Source of the DNA: an uncultured Anaerolineaceae bacterium
GTDB taxonomy: Bacteria; Chloroflexota; Limnocylindria; Limnocylindrales; CSP1-4
DNA length: 64,000 bases
NCBI GenBank assembly: GCA_964529245.1
Contig: CAZGUS010000001.1
Location: 6,617 to 70,616, forward strand
Reading direction: 5' to 3'
Positions 7,863-17,246 of the stretch are shown piece by piece. A program made the position numbers and the translations under genes. The first letter of the stretch is position 1. Each line of letters starts with the position of its first letter. The notes beneath the pieces were generated by a model. That model saw only the letters and a program-made list of their open reading frames with translations, was not told where the DNA came from and searched no databases.

Positions 7863-9847
7863 CCCGCCCGCCGCTTCCATCTCGAGTCCTGATTCCCGTC
7901 GCCAACCCGCTGACCGCCGAGGAACTGGTCCGGATCGGTGCGGCGTTGCTCGACCGCAAGAACGGCAGCCTGACAGTGCTCGGGATCGTCGAGGTGCCCG
8001 AAGGGACGCCTCTGAGCGAGGGCGCGACCAGGGCCCGGCAGGCCCGCCGCCTGCTGCAGCGGGTCCTGGACTACGCGCCGGAGGGAGTGACGGTCCATAC
8101 CGTCGTCCGCATCGGCCGCCGCGCCGCGGAAGGCGTGATCGAGGCCGCGACCGAGCTCGACGCTCAGCTGATCGTGTTCGGCTGGGGCGGCAAGCCCTCG
8201 GTTCCCAGGCCGGGCGCGGAACCGCCCGTCTTCAGCTCCACGATCGACGAGGTCGTCCGGGACGCGCCGTGCGACATCGCCGTCGTAAAGCAGGGCGCGC
8301 CGATGAGGCTGGGGCGGATTCTCGTGCCGATCCGGGGCGGCCCGCACGCCGAGCTGGCCCTCCAATTCGCCGACGCCCTGGCTCGCGGGGGCGGCGCCGT
8401 GGAGGTGCTGCATCTGGTTCCCGCCGGCATCACGCCCGGGCTAAAGGCCCAGGCCGAGAAGGCCCTGGCACATTTCATTCGCCAGCATGCCGACGGCCAC
8501 GTCGGGAAGAGGGTTCTGGAGGCGCCCAACTTCCGCAACGCCATCCTCCACGAGGCCGAGGGATCGGACGTGGTCGTGATGGGCGCCTCGGCCGCGCCGG
8601 CCACCGATGAAGGCCGGACCTTCCTGTTCGGGGCCCTGCCAGAGGCGGTCGCGACGCGATCGGCCAGGACGGTCATCGTCGTCAAGACGGGCGAGGCGAT
8701 CGGCGCGGCCACCTTCGATCAGCTCGAGAAGCGGGCCGAGACGCTGGCCGCCGCCGAGAAGGCCGCCAACGACTTCCGCGCCGTGCCGCTCCGGGTCGAG
8801 CGCTGGTTCGGCGAGTCCAACTTCCACCACCGCGAGTTCGCCGACCTGGATCGGCTGGTCCACCTCAAGGAGCAGGCGGGACTGACCGTCAGTCTGGTTC
8901 TACCCGCCCTCAACGAGGCCGAGACGATCGGGGCCATCGTCAGGCGGGCGCGGCGAGACCTGATGGAGCGCCACCCGCTGATCGACGAGCTGCTGGTCAT
9001 GGACTCCGACTCGGACGATCAGACGCGGGAGATAGCCGCCGCGGAAGGCGCCCGCGTCGCCATCCACTCTCAGGTGCTGACCCGCTACGGCAGCTACAGC
9101 GGCAAGGGCGAAGCGCTCTGGAAGAGCCTCTACGAGACCTCGGGCGACATCGTCGTCTGGGCCGATTCGGACGTGCGCAACTGGCATCCTCGGATGGTCT
9201 ACGGCACCCTCGGCCCGCTCATCGCCGAGGAGAGAATCCAGTACGTGAAGGGCTACTACCGCCGACCGATCGTCGAGGGCGGAGTGCTAAAGGAGGGCGG
9301 CGGCGGACGGGTCACCGAGCTCGTGGCCAGGCCGCTCATCAACCTCTTCTACCCGGAGCTTTCGGGCCTGATCCAGCCGCTGGCGGGCGAGTATGCGGGC
9401 CGTCGGAGCCTGCTCGAGACGATCCCCTTCTTCACGAGCTATGCGGTCGAGATCGGGCATCTCATCGACGTTGCCAACCTGGTCGGGCTGGAGGGCCTGG
9501 GTCAGGTCGACCTGGAGCGGCGCGTCCACCGCAACCAGGAGCTGGAGGGCCTCTCGCAGATGAGCTTCGTCATCCTCCAGGCGGTGATGAAGAGGGTCGC
9601 GGAGAAGCACAAGGCGAGTCTGTTCGCGGAGCTGGGTTCGACGATGAAGTTGCCGCGCTGGGGCGCCGGCGAGCTCGGGTTGGAGGTCATGGAGCTGGCC
9701 GACCACGAGCGGCCGCCGATGATACGCATCCCCGAATACCTGGAGAAGCGGCGTCTGGCCGCCCTGGGGCCCGCCGCCGCCGGCGCGCCCCAGTCGGCCG
9801 CGGAGGTTGCGGCGATCGTGGCGATCGTGGCGGCCGAGGTCCGATGA
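7859..9847 (+). CDS. gpgS: Fusion of two universal stress protein (UspA) domains with glucosyl-3-phosphoglycerate synthase (GpgS, GT81)
   Basis: The C-terminal 330 aa match mycobacterial GpgS closely (LPALNEAETIG, LVMDSDSDD, GKGEALWKSL, GGRVTELVARPLINLFYPELSGLIQPLAGEYAG). The N-terminal 300 aa contain two USP-like Rossmann units. The ATG at 7859 overlaps the upstream stop. Confidence 0.85.
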   Translation: MTRPPLPSRVLIPVANPLTAEELVRIGAALLDRKNGSLTVLGIVEVPEGTPLSEGATRARQARRLLQRVLDYAPEGVTVHTVVRIGRRAAEGVIEAATELDAQLIVFGWGGKPSVPRPGAEPPVFSSTIDEVVRDAPCDIAVVKQGAPMRLGRILVPIRGGPHAELALQFADALARGGGAVEVLHLVPAGITPGLKAQAEKALAHFIRQHADGHVGKRVLEAPNFRNAILHEAEGSDVVVMGASAAPATDEGRTFLFGALPEAVATRSARTVIVVKTGEAIGAATFDQLEKRAETLAAAEKAANDFRAVPLRVERWFGESNFHHREFADLDRLVHLKEQAGLTVSLVLPALNEAETIGAIVRRARRDLMERHPLIDELLVMDSDSDDQTREIAAAEGARVAIHSQVLTRYGSYSGKGEALWKSLYETSGDIVVWADSDVRNWHPRMVYGTLGPLIAEERIQYVKGYYRRPIVEGGVLKEGGGGRVTELVARPLINLFYPELSGLIQPLAGEYAGRRSLLETIPFFTSYAVEIGHLIDVANLVGLEGLGQVDLERRVHRNQELEGLSQMSFVILQAVMKRVAEKHKASLFAELGSTMKLPRWGAGELGLEVMELADHERPPMIRIPEYLEKRRLAALGPAAAGAPQSAAEVAAIVAIVAAEVR

Positions 9848-11037
9848 GCGGCGCGGTGGCTCGACGGCTGCGGGTTCTGGTGGCCCCCGATTCGTTCAAG
9901 GGTTCGCTGACCTCCGTGGAGGTGGCGCGGGCCCTGGCTTCCGGCTGGTCCCGGGCCCGCCCCGACGACGAGTTGACCCTCGCTCCGCTCGCCGACGGTG
10001 GAGAGGGCACGCTCGAGGCGATTGCCGCGAGCGGCGGCTGGGAGTGGCAGGATTGCCCGTCCCACGATGCCCTGGGCCGGCCGCTGACCGCCCGCTGGCT
10101 GCGCTCGCTCGACGGTGACCGCGCGGCGGTAGAGCTGGCGGAGGCGTCCGGCCTGTCGCGCCTGCCGCCGGACGAGCCGCGCGCCCCGCTCGCGGCCACG
10201 ACCGAAGGCGCGGGCGAGATCCTGCGGGCGGTCCTCGACTCGGGCGTCCGGCACGTGGTCATGGGCGTCGGCGGCAGCGCCACCACCGACGGCGGCTCGG
10301 GGCTGCTGGGCGCGCTCGGAGTCTGGTACCGCGGCGGCTCGCCGGAGCCGCTGCCCGGCCCGATCCCCGATCTCGCGGCCATGGACTTCGCGAGTCTGGA
10401 CGTCCGCCTGTCGGAGCTGGAGCTTCGAGTGGCGTGCGACGTGACCAACCCGCTCCTCGGGGAGCGCGGAGCGGCGGCTGTCTACTCGCTCCAGAAGGGG
10501 GCCTGGCCGGACGACATCGCACATCTGGAGGCCTGGCTCGCCCACTACGCGGATCTGCTCGAGGCGGTTTCCGGCGTGCAGGCGCGCGACAAGCCCGGCG
10601 CAGGCGCCGCGGGCGGTACGAGCTTCGGGCTGATGTGCCTGGCTCCCCGGCTCCGCTCGTTCGAACTGATCCCCGGCGTGGAGCTGGTGATGCAGGAGAC
10701 GGGCTTCGACGCGCGCCTGGCGGCGGCGGACCTGGTCATCACGGGCGAGGGTCAGGTCGACGCCCAGACCGCCTTCGGCAAGACGGCTCTGGGCGTCGCG
10801 CGGCGTGCGGCGGCGGCCGGTGTGCCGTGCCTGGCCGTGGGCGGCGGGGTCACCGCGGAGGGCGCGGCGGTTCTGGCGGGCCTGGGCTGCGCTGCCGTGC
10901 CGGTGGTCGATCGGCCGATGGCGCTGCGCGAGGCGATGGCGAAGGCGGCGCCGCTGGTCACTCTGGCCGGGGAGAGACTGGCCCGGCTCGTGACCGTCGG
11001 CGCCCTGGTCGCCGACCGCCAGGGTCTGCCGGCGTGA
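9844..11037 (+). CDS. Glycerate kinase (GlxK/GarK family)
   Basis: N-terminal DSFKGS motif and length typical of the family. ATGA overlap with the upstream gene. Confidence 0.85.
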   Translation: MSGAVARRLRVLVAPDSFKGSLTSVEVARALASGWSRARPDDELTLAPLADGGEGTLEAIAASGGWEWQDCPSHDALGRPLTARWLRSLDGDRAAVELAEASGLSRLPPDEPRAPLAATTEGAGEILRAVLDSGVRHVVMGVGGSATTDGGSGLLGALGVWYRGGSPEPLPGPIPDLAAMDFASLDVRLSELELRVACDVTNPLLGERGAAAVYSLQKGAWPDDIAHLEAWLAHYADLLEAVSGVQARDKPGAGAAGGTSFGLMCLAPRLRSFELIPGVELVMQETGFDARLAAADLVITGEGQVDAQTAFGKTALGVARRAAAAGVPCLAVGGGVTAEGAAVLAGLGCAAVPVVDRPMALREAMAKAAPLVTLAGERLARLVTVGALVADRQGLPA

Positions 11038-11975
11038 GCCCCAGGACTCGGCCGAGTGCCACGAAGCCGACCGTGCCCGCGAAGTCGGTCGCGCCGGTCG
11101 AGTCGGCCGTGCCCGCGAAGTCGGCCGTGCCCGCGAAGTCGAGGCCGAAGCCGAAGCCGGCCTCGCGCCGCCGCAAGCCCGGGCCCGAGCAGGCCGCGAG
11201 AGCCTGGGCGCGCCGGCTCGATGCCAGGCGCCCGGGTCTCGTCGACTTCGTCCTCGGACGCCTCGCCGAAGCCAACGGGCGGCCGGAATGGGCGCCCCGT
11301 CTCGATCCCGTCAGCGAGCTGGTCCTGACGATCCTGTCCGCGAACAGCGCCGACACCAACGCCGAGGTCGCCTTCGAGAGCCTCCGGAACGCCTACCCTT
11401 CGACGCCGCCGCTGACGCACGCCTCCGCCGAGCCGCGCGAGCTGCCGGGCTGGGGCGGCCGCGGGCTGCCCGATCTACCTGCGCCCGATTGGTCGGCCGT
11501 GGAAGCCGCGCCGCTGGCCGAGCTGACCGACGTCATCCGGCCCGGCGGCATGGCCAATCAGAAGGCGCCCCGCATCCCGGCCGCCCTGAGCGCGCTGCGC
11601 GCCGGCGGCGGCGACTACTCGCTCCAGTTCCTGGCCGCGAAGCCGCCGACCGAGGCCCGCGACTGGCTGGCCGCCATCCCGGGGATCGGCAAGAAGACGG
11701 CCTCGGTGGTTCTGCTGTTCAGCTTTGGCACGCCGCTGATGCCCGTCGATCGGCACGTTCTCCGCGTCAGCCAGCGCATCGGCCTGGTGCCGCCAACGGC
11801 GGATCCGGACGAGGCCCACGAGATATACCAGGCCATGCTGGCGCCCGAGCGGATGTACGAAGCTCACGTCTCTCTGATAACCCACGGCCGCCGGACGTGC
11901 CACGCCCAGCGCCCCGACTGCGAGCACTGCCCGCTCGCGCCGCGCTGCCGCTACTTCGACCCGAAGGCGGAGTAG
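11034..11975 (+). CDS. nth: Endonuclease III family DNA glycosylase (HhH-GPD) with a Lys/Pro/Ala-rich N-terminal tail
   Basis: HhH motif AIPGIGKKTASVV, VDRHVLRV, and a C-terminal 4Fe-4S cluster CHAQRPDCEHCPLAPRC. The GTG at 11034 overlaps the glycerate-kinase stop. Confidence 0.75.
   Translation: MSPRTRPSATKPTVPAKSVAPVESAVPAKSAVPAKSRPKPKPASRRRKPGPEQAARAWARRLDARRPGLVDFVLGRLAEANGRPEWAPRLDPVSELVLTILSANSADTNAEVAFESLRNAYPSTPPLTHASAEPRELPGWGGRGLPDLPAPDWSAVEAAPLAELTDVIRPGGMANQKAPRIPAALSALRAGGGDYSLQFLAAKPPTEARDWLAAIPGIGKKTASVVLLFSFGTPLMPVDRHVLRVSQRIGLVPPTADPDEAHEIYQAMLAPERMYEAHVSLITHGRRTCHAQRPDCEHCPLAPRCRYFDPKAE
11073..11162 (+). repeat. 18-bp tandem repeat (about 5 units) inside the nth 5' end, encoding VPAKS(A/V)-type repeats
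   Basis: Units gtgcccgcgaagtcggtc / gcgccggtcgagtcggcc / gtgcccgcgaagtcggcc / gtgcccgcgaagtcgagg / ccgaagccgaagccggcc. Confidence 0.8.
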
Positions 11976-12155
11976 GGCACTGGCGGTCGCACCCCGACCG
12001 GCGCGAGCAGCCCGAACGCAAGAGCGGCCGAAACCCCGCCCCGCCGCTCCATCCCGGCTCCCTCCGCCGGCCGCGCGCTCCCGTCGCCGCGCTACGCCCG
12101 CACCTATACTCGCCGCAACGAGACCGGCGCTCAGGCGGGGAGGCACGAAGCGCGA

Positions 12156-12863
12156 ATGATCGAGCACAGACCCAGACGGATCCTGCTCGTCGACGACGAC
12201 GTGAACCTGCTCGTCGTCCTGGCCGAGCAGCTTCGCGACGACGGCTACGACGTGGCGACCGCGCGCGACGGCCAGGAAGCGCTGCGCCGCCTCGAGGCCG
12301 GCTGGCCGGACCTGATCCTCCTCGACCTGATGATGCCGCGCATCGACGGCCTGGCCCTGGCGCGGCGGATCAAGGCCGAAGCGGACCTGCCGATCATCGT
12401 CCTGTCGGCCATCGACACGGCCGACAGCAAGGCCCGACTGCTCGACGAGGTCGCCGAGGACTACGTCGCCAAGCCCTACCACTACCCCGAGCTGCGAGCC
12501 CGGATCCAGCGCGTGCTGCGACGGTTGGGCGACCGGATTCCGCGCCAGTCGATGAGGCTCGGCCCGAACCTGACGCTCGACCTGCACCGTCGCGCCGCGA
12601 CGGTCGCCGGCACGGAAGTCCAGCTGACCCCGACCGAATCGCGGCTGCTGCAAACCCTGGCGGCCAATCTCGGCGAGATCGTCACGACCGAGACCCTCCT
12701 GGCAAGAGGCTGGGCCGATACCGAGGACGCCGATCCTTCCTACGTCTGGGTTTCGATACGCCGGCTGCGCCAGAAAGTGGAGGTCGACGCCGGCAAGCCG
12801 GTTCACCTGCTGACCGTTCGGGGCGTCGGCTATCGCCTGGTCGCGAGCCGTGATGACGCCTGA
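12156..12863 (+). CDS. OmpR-family response regulator (receiver plus winged-helix)
   Basis: LLVDDD...ILLDLMMP...DDYVAKPY receiver motifs and a C-terminal trans_reg_C-like GVGYRL. Confidence 0.85.
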   Translation: MIEHRPRRILLVDDDVNLLVVLAEQLRDDGYDVATARDGQEALRRLEAGWPDLILLDLMMPRIDGLALARRIKAEADLPIIVLSAIDTADSKARLLDEVAEDYVAKPYHYPELRARIQRVLRRLGDRIPRQSMRLGPNLTLDLHRRAATVAGTEVQLTPTESRLLQTLAANLGEIVTTETLLARGWADTEDADPSYVWVSIRRLRQKVEVDAGKPVHLLTVRGVGYRLVASRDDA

Positions 12864-14328
12864 GGACTCGGCGACCGAACCGGACCGACCGCCCGAGGAC
12901 CAGGGCCGCGCCAGGCATGGAAGTCTCGACGTTCCGTTTCGCGTCCTGCTGACGATCGGACTACTGGTCACGGCCGTCCTGCCCCTCGCCGTCTTCGGAA
13001 TCGTCGTCATCGCGGCCGGCTGGGAAAGCAACGAGCGGGCCGTCACGAGTCTGCTCGCCCTCGTGATCGCCGGCGCCGGCTTCTTCGGACTGCTCGCGGC
13101 GGCGGTCCTGGTCGGGCGGCTGACCGCGCCGCTGCGCCGCATCACGACGGCCGTCGAGCGTGTCGCGGCCGGCGAGTCCAGCCCGCCGATCTATCTCACC
13201 GGCGACGACGAGTTGGCCCGCCTGGCCGAGAGCCACAACCGCATCGCCGCCGACGGTCAGCGCCGCAACGCCGAGCTGGCCGCCCTTCTGACCGCCATCG
13301 CCGCCTACGCCCCGAGCCAGGGAGTGGCTCCGCTGGTGGCCCAGGCCGAACGCGACGCCCGCCAGATCTATGGGCTGATCGACTGCCGGGCGACGCTCGG
13401 CAACGCCGCAGACGTCGCGTTCGAAGAGCGGATCCCGGGCGATCCGTGCCCGGTCCGGGCCGAGATCCGCGCCGGCGCCGAGACGCTCGGCGTGCTGACC
13501 GGCCACGTGTCCGCGACCCGCAGCTGGGAGCGGGCCGATCAGGATCTCCTCGAACTCTTCGCCAGCGAGGTCGGCGTGGCTCTACGCAACGCCGAGCTGT
13601 TCGGCCGGATCGAGAGCCAGAACGCCCAGCTGCGCGAGCTCGACGCCGCCAAGGACGAGTTCCTGCGCGGCGTCAGCCACAACCTCCAGACGCCGTTGAC
13701 GAGCATCCGCGCGTACGTGGACCAGCTCCGGACGGCGACGACGGACCCCGAGACGGATCGGCGGCTGGCGATCGTCGCCGAGCAATCGGGCCGCCTCGCC
13801 CGCCTCGTCCGCCAGCTGCTCACGGTCACGCGTCTCGAGGCCGGGGTGCTGCGTGCGGAGCCCGAGGTTATCGCCATCGGACCGCGCGTCCGGCGCGCCT
13901 GGGAGGCCCTGAACGCGACCGGTGTCACCTTCGAATTGAGGGACGACGCCCGCGGCTGGCTGGCGGTGGCGGACCCGGATCAGCTGGACCAGGTCCTGTG
14001 GGCATTGCTTGACAACGCCGTGAAATACGGCCGGCGCGACGGGACGGTGACGGTGACGGTCGGCGCCGACGACGGGCTCGACCTGATCCGGGTCACGATC
14101 GCCGACGACGGGCCCGGCGTATCCGAAGCGGATCGCGAGCGCCTGTTCACCCGCTTCACGCGGGGGGCGACTCAACCCAGCGGCGACGGCACGGGGCTCG
14201 GGCTGTACGTCTCGCGCCAGCTGCTGCGGGCGATGGCCGGCGACCTGTGGCTCGAACCGGCCGGGACGGCCGCGGGCGCGGCCTTCACGCTCTCCTTGCC
14301 GGGCGAGCCGCCCGGCGACGAGGGCTGA
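12850..14328 (+). CDS. Sensor histidine kinase (two TM helices, GAF-like region, HisKA, HATPase)
   Basis: H-box HNLQTPLTSIRAY, an N/G1/G2 region DDGPGV...GTGLGL, and N-terminal transmembrane helices. Confidence 0.8.
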   Translation: MMTPEDSATEPDRPPEDQGRARHGSLDVPFRVLLTIGLLVTAVLPLAVFGIVVIAAGWESNERAVTSLLALVIAGAGFFGLLAAAVLVGRLTAPLRRITTAVERVAAGESSPPIYLTGDDELARLAESHNRIAADGQRRNAELAALLTAIAAYAPSQGVAPLVAQAERDARQIYGLIDCRATLGNAADVAFEERIPGDPCPVRAEIRAGAETLGVLTGHVSATRSWERADQDLLELFASEVGVALRNAELFGRIESQNAQLRELDAAKDEFLRGVSHNLQTPLTSIRAYVDQLRTATTDPETDRRLAIVAEQSGRLARLVRQLLTVTRLEAGVLRAEPEVIAIGPRVRRAWEALNATGVTFELRDDARGWLAVADPDQLDQVLWALLDNAVKYGRRDGTVTVTVGADDGLDLIRVTIADDGPGVSEADRERLFTRFTRGATQPSGDGTGLGLYVSRQLLRAMAGDLWLEPAGTAAGAAFTLSLPGEPPGDEG

Positions 14329-14637
14329 GAGGCGTCGGCCGGCGCCGCGGCGCGGTGCTTGCCGGCACCGGAGCATGTGCCCGCCGTCAACGGGGCTTCC
14401 GAAGGCGGTCCGCCATCCGCAGTAGCGCCGGGTACGGTCGCTGAACGGCCACTGCCGGGGAATGTTCGCCACGGCCTCGCGCTTCCAGAATGCACGGCGT
14501 AGACACGATGCCGGCACCGGGCGTTCTGGCAGGGCCCGCATCGATGGCCGGGCATCTGCTCAAATTCCGCGGCGGCATGCCGAAACCTAGACCAGATGCT
14601 CCAGCTGCATCTACCTGGCGTCACGCGAGAAAGGCAA

Positions 14638-15462
14638 ATGAGCGGCAGACCGGGCTTGTTCGGAGGCTTTCGACCGGGCGACGCGCCTGAGCGCGACGTC
14701 GAGTTCGGTCCTGGCTCCGCGGCCCGCGAAGGTGCCCAATTCATCCGACTCGGCGACCCCCGATCCGGTCGCGACGACGGCGCGTTCGGGCCGACGTCCG
14801 GCTTCGACCCCGTCTGGGGCACCCTCGGCGCACCGCTGACGCAGCCTGAGGATCACTGGCGGGCGACGTCGGACGACGGCGAAGTCGGGCCGATCGCCGA
14901 CGTCGAGATCTTCGGCGACGGTTTCCAGATCTCGGGCCGCATCTGCACCGGCCAGTTTCCCCGCCTCAGCGACTGGCTGAACATGCAGCAGGGATTCATC
15001 CGAGTCCAGGAAGCGTCCCTGGCCCATCTGGGCCACGGCAACCTGCCCGATCCCGAACGTCAGAAGGGCACGCTCTGGGTCCGCCTGAACCAGATCGTCA
15101 TGGTTGCCGAGCTCAACGTCGTGGCCGCGACTCGCCCCGGCGCCCCGGTCGTTCAGAAGGAACGGCGCAAGGCCACGATCGTGACGCCCGGCTACAGCCT
15201 GCGCGGCAACCTCCACGTCCACGCCTACGGCTCCATGAAGCAGTTCCTCGAATCCCCCGACCCGCACTTCATCCCGATCACGGAATTGACGATGCGCTGG
15301 ACGAGCGATCCGGCCCTGGTCAGCCGCTTCCCGTTCGCGCTGGTCAACCGTGAGCAGCTGATCACGCTGCTGGACGAGCCCGCAGCTCCTGCCGGGGAGG
15401 GCTCGCAGGCCGACACGAGCGACTCTGACATGCTTCTGCACCAGAGGTCGGGCGCCGCCTGA
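14638..15462 (+). CDS. Hypothetical protein
   Basis: GC3-biased ORF. RBS AGAAAGG lies 6 nt upstream of the ATG at 14638. No recognisable domain. Confidence 0.5.
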   Translation: MSGRPGLFGGFRPGDAPERDVEFGPGSAAREGAQFIRLGDPRSGRDDGAFGPTSGFDPVWGTLGAPLTQPEDHWRATSDDGEVGPIADVEIFGDGFQISGRICTGQFPRLSDWLNMQQGFIRVQEASLAHLGHGNLPDPERQKGTLWVRLNQIVMVAELNVVAATRPGAPVVQKERRKATIVTPGYSLRGNLHVHAYGSMKQFLESPDPHFIPITELTMRWTSDPALVSRFPFALVNREQLITLLDEPAAPAGEGSQADTSDSDMLLHQRSGAA

Positions 15463-15492
15463 GGCGTTCGGCCGCGATCAGCCGGGCGGTCC

Positions 15493-16308
15493 TCAGCGGG
15501 GCGGCTGCGTCGGGAGCTGCCTCCTTATCTGGCGCACGCGGTCCATGTCCAGGTCCGCCGCGAACACGCCCGGGCCATCGGGCGCCTGGGCGATCACGGT
15601 CCCCCACGGATCTACGATCATGCTGCGACCGTGGGTCGGGACTCCGCCGCCGATGCCGCATTGCGCCGGCGCGATGACGAAGGCGCCGTTCTCGATCGCC
15701 CTGGCGCGCAGGAGCACCTCCCAATGGTCGCGCCCCGTGGCTTCGGTGAAGTTCGACGGGACCGCGAGGACGACAGCTCCCGCCGCGGTCATCTCGCGAT
15801 AGAGCTCCGGAAAGCGGAGATCGAAGCAGACGCTCAAGCCGATGCGCACGTCCGCTTCCCGGGCGACGCCCTGGATCAGGGCCACGACGCTCCGCTCTCC
15901 GGGCGTCGTGCGCGCCGACTCGCGGTCGGATGGGCCGCCGTCGATCGAGACGTCGAACAGGCGCCGCTTTCGGTAGGTCGCGCTGATCTGGCCGGACGGG
16001 TCGAGCAAGACCGAAGTGTTGTACGGCCGCTGCGGATCGGGCGATCTCTCGGCCAGGCTGCCGAGCAGGATCCATGCGTCGAGGGCGCGGGCCAGGTCGG
16101 CAAAGGGGGCGGTCGAAGGACCGGGCAGCTCAGCCGCCGATTCCCGGAGGCCCGCTGCCGGGCCGCGGTACAGGAACATCTCCGGCAGCGCGATCAGCTG
16201 CGGCCGCATCTCGCCTGCCTGGCGGACGAGCGCGGTCGCCCGCTCGACGTTCGCCGATACGTCCTGATCGGCTGCCAGCTGGACCAGCGCCACGCGCAAG
16301 CGGCTCAT
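15493..16308 (-). CDS. Carbon-nitrogen hydrolase (nitrilase superfamily amidohydrolase)
   Basis: LPEMF (Glu), a Lys block RKRRLFD and a CFDLRFPE Cys block form the E-K-C triad. The ATG at 16308 is preceded by an AAGGGAAC RBS. Confidence 0.8.
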   Translation of the reverse strand: MSRLRVALVQLAADQDVSANVERATALVRQAGEMRPQLIALPEMFLYRGPAAGLRESAAELPGPSTAPFADLARALDAWILLGSLAERSPDPQRPYNTSVLLDPSGQISATYRKRRLFDVSIDGGPSDRESARTTPGERSVVALIQGVAREADVRIGLSVCFDLRFPELYREMTAAGAVVLAVPSNFTEATGRDHWEVLLRARAIENGAFVIAPAQCGIGGGVPTHGRSMIVDPWGTVIAQAPDGPGVFAADLDMDRVRQIRRQLPTQPPR

Positions 16309-16591
16309 CGAGGTTCCCTTTCGGGATGGCGGTTCGACGGCGCCGATCTGTGCCGGCAGCCCGGCGTCGATGTTACGCTCCGGGCAAGGAGGCATCCATG
16401 GGCGGCCGAACCGGAGCCTGGACGAAGTGGACCCGCGCGCCGTCGTCAAGAAGATGAAGGACAAGGGCTTCGCCCGGCCGGTTCCCCCGGATCAGCTGCT
16501 GCGCGGCGCCGAGGAGCTCGGGGTTCCGCTCGGGCTGTGAGGTCGGGCCGGCGCAGGCGCGCCTTGTCAGGTCGAATGGCCGCGGCAGGGC

Positions 16592-17143
16592 TCAGTCGGT
16601 GACCACCGGAACGCCCGGAAAGGCCGCGGCCTGCTCGTCGCTGGCTCGAACCCAGTCCAGCAGGTCCCGGTTCACGATCAAGGTGCCGACGTCCTTCAGG
16701 GTCAAAGATCCTCTCGCGGTGAACCCCAGGGTGGCGTCCGACAGCGGGATCATCGGGCCGCGCGAAGTCAGATACGGCAACGGCATCTGGCCGGGAGCGG
16801 CGTGGAGCACGCCCAGCGCGGTGTACGGGCCGATCTGGACTCGCAATCTCTGGCGCGCCGTTACCACCCGACGGGCTTCCTCGCCCCTGCCGCCCGACGT
16901 CTCGACCGCGTAGAGGATCGAGCGGTCCACCTCGCCGTCGCCGAGATTTACGACCGTGTCGTCTTCGAAGCTCTCGACGTAGGCCTCGTGGACCACCACC
17001 GACTCCATGCGATTCAGCACGTCGGTGAGGCGCTCGCCGGCGCACTCGACGTAGCCGATGTAGCGGCGACCCAGGGCGTAGCCGATGAACGGGACGAGCA
17101 CGGGAGCTCCAGCTGCTCGGGGTGACGGGCCTGGCAGGCCCAC
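16592..17143 (-). CDS. Hypothetical protein
   Basis: GC3-biased ORF with uncertain start. No recognisable motif. Confidence 0.4.
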   Translation of the reverse strand: MGLPGPSPRAAGAPVLVPFIGYALGRRYIGYVECAGERLTDVLNRMESVVVHEAYVESFEDDTVVNLGDGEVDRSILYAVETSGGRGEEARRVVTARQRLRVQIGPYTALGVLHAAPGQMPLPYLTSRGPMIPLSDATLGFTARGSLTLKDVGTLIVNRDLLDWVRASDEQAAAFPGVPVVTD

Positions 17144-17246
17144 GGAACCTGTGACCGCAGGTTAGCGCGACCCCTAAGCGGCTCCACTCCCATAAAAGTA
17201 CGGGTGGGGCGCGAGCGCAACACCCCGCCGCTGGGGCGAGAAGGGC

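Noticed and set aside
6375-7880. 501-aa minus-strand ORF opposite the GT78 gene
   Set aside because: Shadow ORF. The plus-strand product has clear glycosyltransferase motifs.
11288-13145. Long ORFs on both strands (521 aa plus, 556 aa minus) over the nth/regulator region
   Set aside because: Arg/Pro-rich, with no recognisable motifs. They conflict with the nth and response-regulator frames, which carry real motifs.
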